49,018 nt of DNA, from assembly GCA_041611735.1 (NCBI GenBank), contig JBFIML010000033.1, positions 1 to 49,018 on the forward strand, given 5' to 3'. This document shows positions 45,484 through 49,018 of this stretch, one piece after another; position 1 is the stretch's first letter, and each line of letters begins with the position of its first letter. This stretch comes from Myxococcota bacterium. Lineage in GTDB: Bacteria; Myxococcota_A; UBA9160; PR03. A program made the position numbers and the translations under genes. The notes under the pieces are model-generated. The model was not told the DNA's origin, searched no databases, and saw only the letters and a program-made list of their open reading frames with translations.

Positions 45484-46265
45484 CCCGGTCCTCCTCGGGC
45501 CACGTCGGCCGGAAGCCGCAGCACGAAAACCTCCGGGGGGAGCTCGGGATTGAGCTCGACGTGCCGGAACGAAACCCGGGCTCGCGTGTCCGTGGGCGGG
45601 AAGCGCAGCTCGACACGGTGTGCGAAGGATGCGGCGCCCACGGGCCGGTACTCGTCGAAGCGGGCCTCCCAGAGCACGCGGGCCGCGTCGCGCACCTCGA
45701 CGCGCCGGAGCCGCTGCTGATCATCGAACTCGAGCCGTCGTTGCAACGCTCCCCTTGCGCCGGCCAGGTCGATGCGCAGGCCACCGTCGGGAAGCAGCGC
45801 TCCGCCGGCGGGCAGCAAGTCCAGCGGCGGGGCCGGGACGCCGAGCAGGACCTCCACGGCCTCTGCGGCGGTGAGCGCGACCCCCGCCACCTCGTAGAGC
45901 AGCGCCGGATGGACCCTGCCCTCCTCGAGGGTGCGCTCCTGGGTCCGGAACAGCCGGTAGCGCTCGCCGTCGGTCACCAGCACGGCCACGGTCTGGTCCA
46001 GGAATCCGAGCGTCTCCACGCGCAGCCGCGCCGGGCGCTCCAGCACCAGCACCTGCTTGGCGCGACCCGAGCCGGCCGGCCCGTCCAGGGAGAGGTGCGC
46101 GAGCCCGCGCAGGGAGTGGCGGGTCCGGGCCTGACGCGCCAGGTCCGCCACCAGGGCCGACGGGCGCGCGTCGCCGGGCGGGAGCGGCTGCACGGGGCCG
46201 AGCGGAGTTCGGCAGCCCGCCGCCAGTCCGACGAGTACGACGAGGGCGGAGGCGAGCCGCCTCAC
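45480..46265 (-). CDS. LolB-like/DUF4292 outer-membrane lipoprotein
   Basis: Lipobox AAGC, ERPARLRVETLG, ending VELNPELPPEVF (LolA/B-fold-like); directly follows a TPR lipoprotein. Confidence 0.7.
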   Translation of the reverse strand: MRRLASALVVLVGLAAGCRTPLGPVQPLPPGDARPSALVADLARQARTRHSLRGLAHLSLDGPAGSGRAKQVLVLERPARLRVETLGFLDQTVAVLVTDGERYRLFRTQERTLEEGRVHPALLYEVAGVALTAAEAVEVLLGVPAPPLDLLPAGGALLPDGGLRIDLAGARGALQRRLEFDDQQRLRRVEVRDAARVLWEARFDEYRPVGAASFAHRVELRFPPTDTRARVSFRHVELNPELPPEVFVLRLPADVARGGPG

Positions 46266-48028
46266 TGCCCTTCGAGCTCCCTCCGCAGGCGCTCGAGCTT
46301 CTGCTTGAGCTCCGGCTGCGCCTTGTTGCGCGGCTCCAGGGAGAGCGCCTCCTCGTAGCGCTGCAGGGCCCGCCGCTTGTCGTGCAGGAGCAGGTAGGCG
46401 TCGCCCAGGTGCTCGCTGATCACGGGATCGCCTCCGGTCAGCTCCGCCGCCCGCTCGAGCTCGAGGATGGCACGCTCCAAGAGGGCGCGGCCGGCCTCCA
46501 CCTGCCCATTCTCGAGCAACGGCCGGGCGCGCATGTAGTAGACCCAGCCCAGGCTGTCGGTGATGTAGCCGTCGTTCGGCCGCAGCTCGAGGGCGCGCGT
46601 GATCATGGCCTCGGCCTCGTCCAGCTTGGTGCCCTGCTCCGCCCACGTGTATCCGATGTAGTTGAGCGCGCCGGCGTGGTCCGGATTCTTCTCCAGGACC
46701 CGCCGCATGTAGCCGAGCGCCTTCTCCACGTCGCCGATCTCGCCGTGGACGACCCCCAGGTTGTAGACGACCTCCTCGTCGTCGGGAGCCGTGGTGGCCA
46801 GCCGCTCCAGATAGGCGACGGCGCCCGCGAAGTCACCGGTCCGCGCGCGCAGGCTCGCCACGTAGAGCTCGAGCTGGCGCGAGGGCTCGTGGGCCAGGGC
46901 GCGCTCCGCCTCCTGGAGCGCCCGCGGGGCATCTCCGCGCGCCTCCCAGATGGCCGCGAGCTGTGCGCGGGCGTCCGCGTAGCGTTCGTGGCTCGGCGGG
47001 ATCGGGTCCAGCACCGCCACCGCCCCGTCCAGGTCCCCGGAACGGCGCCGCACCACGCCCAGGAAGTAGGCGATCTCGTGCTGCTCGGGGTTCACCTGGA
47101 GGGCCCGCTCGAAGCGCGCTGCGGCGGCGTCGTATCGACGCGCCTCGAGCTCGAGGAAGCCCAGTCGGATCGCCGACCGCAGGTCGTCGGGATGGCGGAC
47201 GACGACCTCCTCCAGGGTGGCGCGGGCGTCGTCGGCCCGGCCCGCCTCGATCTGGGCCTGGGCGAGCGCCACGAGCGTCGCGTGGTGGTGCGGATTCGCG
47301 CGCAGGGCCTCGCGGTGGATCTCGATCTCACCGTCGCGGTCACCCCGCTCGCGACGCGCCCGGGCCAGGGCTCCGTACACCGCCAGGCTGCCCGGATGCG
47401 CGGGCAGGGCCGCGCGCAGCGCCGCCTCCGCCTCGCCGGGCCGACCGAGCCGCTCCAGGACTCCCGCCAGGGCGAAGTGACCGCGCAGGTTGTCCGGATC
47501 CTGGCGGACCATCCACTCGGCCAGCTCGAGGGCGCGGTCGAACTGGCCGACGTCCCCGTAGACGCTGTAGAGCACGAAGGCGGCGTCCTGGTTGCGCGGC
47601 TCGCCGTCCGGGCCGAGCAGCATGCGCTCGGCGCCCGCCACGTCCCGGCGCAGTCTGAACAGGGTGCCGAGGAAGAGGCGGGTGCCCTCGTCCTCGGGAT
47701 CCAGGACGTGGGCCCGCTCCGCGAAGGCCAGGGCCTCGGCCACCTGGCCCTGACGCGCCAGCAGCTCGGCCACCTTCTTGTGCAGCAGCAGCGAGTCGGG
47801 GTCCTTCTCCAGGGCGCGGCGGTAGGCGGAGAGGGCCTCCGCGGGCCGTCCTTCGAGCTCGCTCTCCCGGGCCACCAGGAAGTCGTATTCGGGCGGGGCC
47901 TGGGGGCGCGCCGCGGTCCGCTCGCCCCGCTGCGAGATCGGCATGGACGGCATGGCGCAAGCGAGCCCGCCGAGGAGCGCGAGCGCCACGAGGCCACGCA
48001 GCCCCGCTCTGGCGCCCCGGACGGTCAT
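46262..48028 (-). CDS. TPR-repeat lipoprotein (LbcA-like)
   Basis: Lipobox GLAC, many TPRs, ALNYIGYTWAE, YITDSLGWVYY, ISEHLGDAY. Confidence 0.9.
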   Translation of the reverse strand: MTVRGARAGLRGLVALALLGGLACAMPSMPISQRGERTAARPQAPPEYDFLVARESELEGRPAEALSAYRRALEKDPDSLLLHKKVAELLARQGQVAEALAFAERAHVLDPEDEGTRLFLGTLFRLRRDVAGAERMLLGPDGEPRNQDAAFVLYSVYGDVGQFDRALELAEWMVRQDPDNLRGHFALAGVLERLGRPGEAEAALRAALPAHPGSLAVYGALARARRERGDRDGEIEIHREALRANPHHHATLVALAQAQIEAGRADDARATLEEVVVRHPDDLRSAIRLGFLELEARRYDAAAARFERALQVNPEQHEIAYFLGVVRRRSGDLDGAVAVLDPIPPSHERYADARAQLAAIWEARGDAPRALQEAERALAHEPSRQLELYVASLRARTGDFAGAVAYLERLATTAPDDEEVVYNLGVVHGEIGDVEKALGYMRRVLEKNPDHAGALNYIGYTWAEQGTKLDEAEAMITRALELRPNDGYITDSLGWVYYMRARPLLENGQVEAGRALLERAILELERAAELTGGDPVISEHLGDAYLLLHDKRRALQRYEEALSLEPRNKAQPELKQKLERLRRELEGQ

Positions 48029-48636
48029 GGCGAGAGATAGCCCTTCGCGTCGAGGTAGCCGATCACCTGCGCCACGCTCTCCGCGATGCTCTGGCGATTC
48101 GTGTCCAGGACGAGCTCCGGTCGCTCCGGCGGCTCGTAGGGAGCCGAGATCCCGGTGAACTCCGGGATCTCGCCGTTGCGGGCGCGCTGGTACAGGCCCT
48201 TGACGTCGCGGGCCTCGCAGGTCTCGAGGCTCGCGTCCACGAAGACCTCCAGGAAGTCGCCGGGGGCGAAGAGCGCCCGCACGGCGTCCCGGTCGGCGCG
48301 GTACGGCGAGATGAAGGAGGTGAAGACGACGAGGCCCGCTTCCGTGAAGAGCTTGGCCACCTCTCCCACGCGACGGATGTTCTCGGTACGATCCTCCGGC
48401 GAGAAGCCCAGGTTCTTGTTCAAGCCGTGACGAACGTTGTCGCCGTCGAGGACGAAGGCCGCGTGCCCCTGCTCGGTCAAGGAGTGCTCCGCCGCCATGG
48501 CGATCGTGGATTTCCCGGACCCCGAAAGACCCGTCAGCCAGACCGTGACCCCCTTCTGGCCGAGGAGCCGCTCGTGCTCCTGGCGGGTCACCTTGCTGGC
48601 GTGCCAGGTCAGGTTCGTGCCGCGTCGCCTGGTCAA
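48025..48636 (-). CDS. cysC: Adenylyl-sulfate kinase
   Basis: WLTGLSGSGKSTIA, LDGDNVRHGL, FISPY, RDVKGLY, FTGISAPYE; TTG start. Confidence 0.97.
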   Translation of the reverse strand: MTRRRGTNLTWHASKVTRQEHERLLGQKGVTVWLTGLSGSGKSTIAMAAEHSLTEQGHAAFVLDGDNVRHGLNKNLGFSPEDRTENIRRVGEVAKLFTEAGLVVFTSFISPYRADRDAVRALFAPGDFLEVFVDASLETCEARDVKGLYQRARNGEIPEFTGISAPYEPPERPELVLDTNRQSIAESVAQVIGYLDAKGYLSP

Positions 48637-48809
48637 GTCACACCCCGTCCCGTTCGTCCGTCCAGGTTGTCGCTCGCAGGTTGTTGCTCAGAGTTAGTCG
48701 GTCAAAGGTCGTGGCTCGGTGGGTCGGCAGGTCCGGACGACGGGCCCGAGGGACCACGCCCCGGAGGACTCAGGGTAGCGGCACCGGGATGGCTGTCGAG
48801 GCAGCTGGC

Positions 48810-49018
48810 TCAGCGGTGCGCGGCCGATCGGGATGCCCGGCTGCGCAGCGCCCGCACCTCCTCCACCACCCGGCCCGCGGCCCAATCCATCTCCTCCACC
48901 GTGTTGGAGCGCCCGAGACCGAAACGCAGCGAGGCTCGCACCAGATCGTCCGGAAGCCCCAGGGCCTTGAGCACGTGGCTCGGCTCCGGGCGGGCCGAGC
49001 TGCAGGCCGAGCCGGAGG
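48810..49018 (-). CDS. iscS: Cysteine desulfurase (IscS/NifS group I), C-terminal fragment
   Basis: Manual translation SGSACSSARPEPSHVLKALG...ASLRFGLGRSNT; stop TGA at 48810-48812; gene continues beyond the window. Confidence 0.9.
   Translation of the reverse strand, partial: SGSACSSARPEPSHVLKALGLPDDLVRASLRFGLGRSNTVEEMDWAAGRVVEEVRALRSRASRSAAHR

Noticed and set aside
48694-48885. 63-aa ORF upstream of cysC
   Set aside because: Overlaps the iscS 3' end out of frame, has no coding features or SD support.

Overview
Very GC-rich bacterial chromosomal segment. It most likely comes from a Myxococcota/deltaproteobacterial lineage; this is inferred from gene content (stand-alone PilZ, MshEN protein, DUF3604, pan leader), not demonstrated. 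About 47 tightly packed CDSs, many joined by ATGA/GTGA overlaps. Housekeeping blocks: tolQRA-tolB-cpoB (no pal), dksA-tsaD-rsmA-pilZ, panBCD behind a pan-motif/terminator leader, smpB, pepA, cytochrome c, rpoH, acyP, nfu, bactofilin, holB-metG-tatD-suhB, a GldA/F/G-DUF4340 ABC operon, an iscS fragment and a cysC-TPR-LolB-like-oppABCDF operon. No rRNA, tRNA, CRISPR array or mobile element was recognised. Strongest candidates for undescribed biology: (1) an operon encoding an exported DUF4384 protein, an exported multidomain caspase-family protease and a 7TM-DISM-type receptor (1-4097); (2) a 144-nt rod-like structured RNA between a sigma70 promoter and the Gld-like ABC operon; (3) a histone H1-like repeat protein fused to an EF-Tu-like beta-barrel; (4) an apparently leaderless micro-protein with a CTERM-like anchor. 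All family calls come from motif recognition by eye, without database searches. Most long ORFs in the supplied track are GC-rich shadow ORFs.
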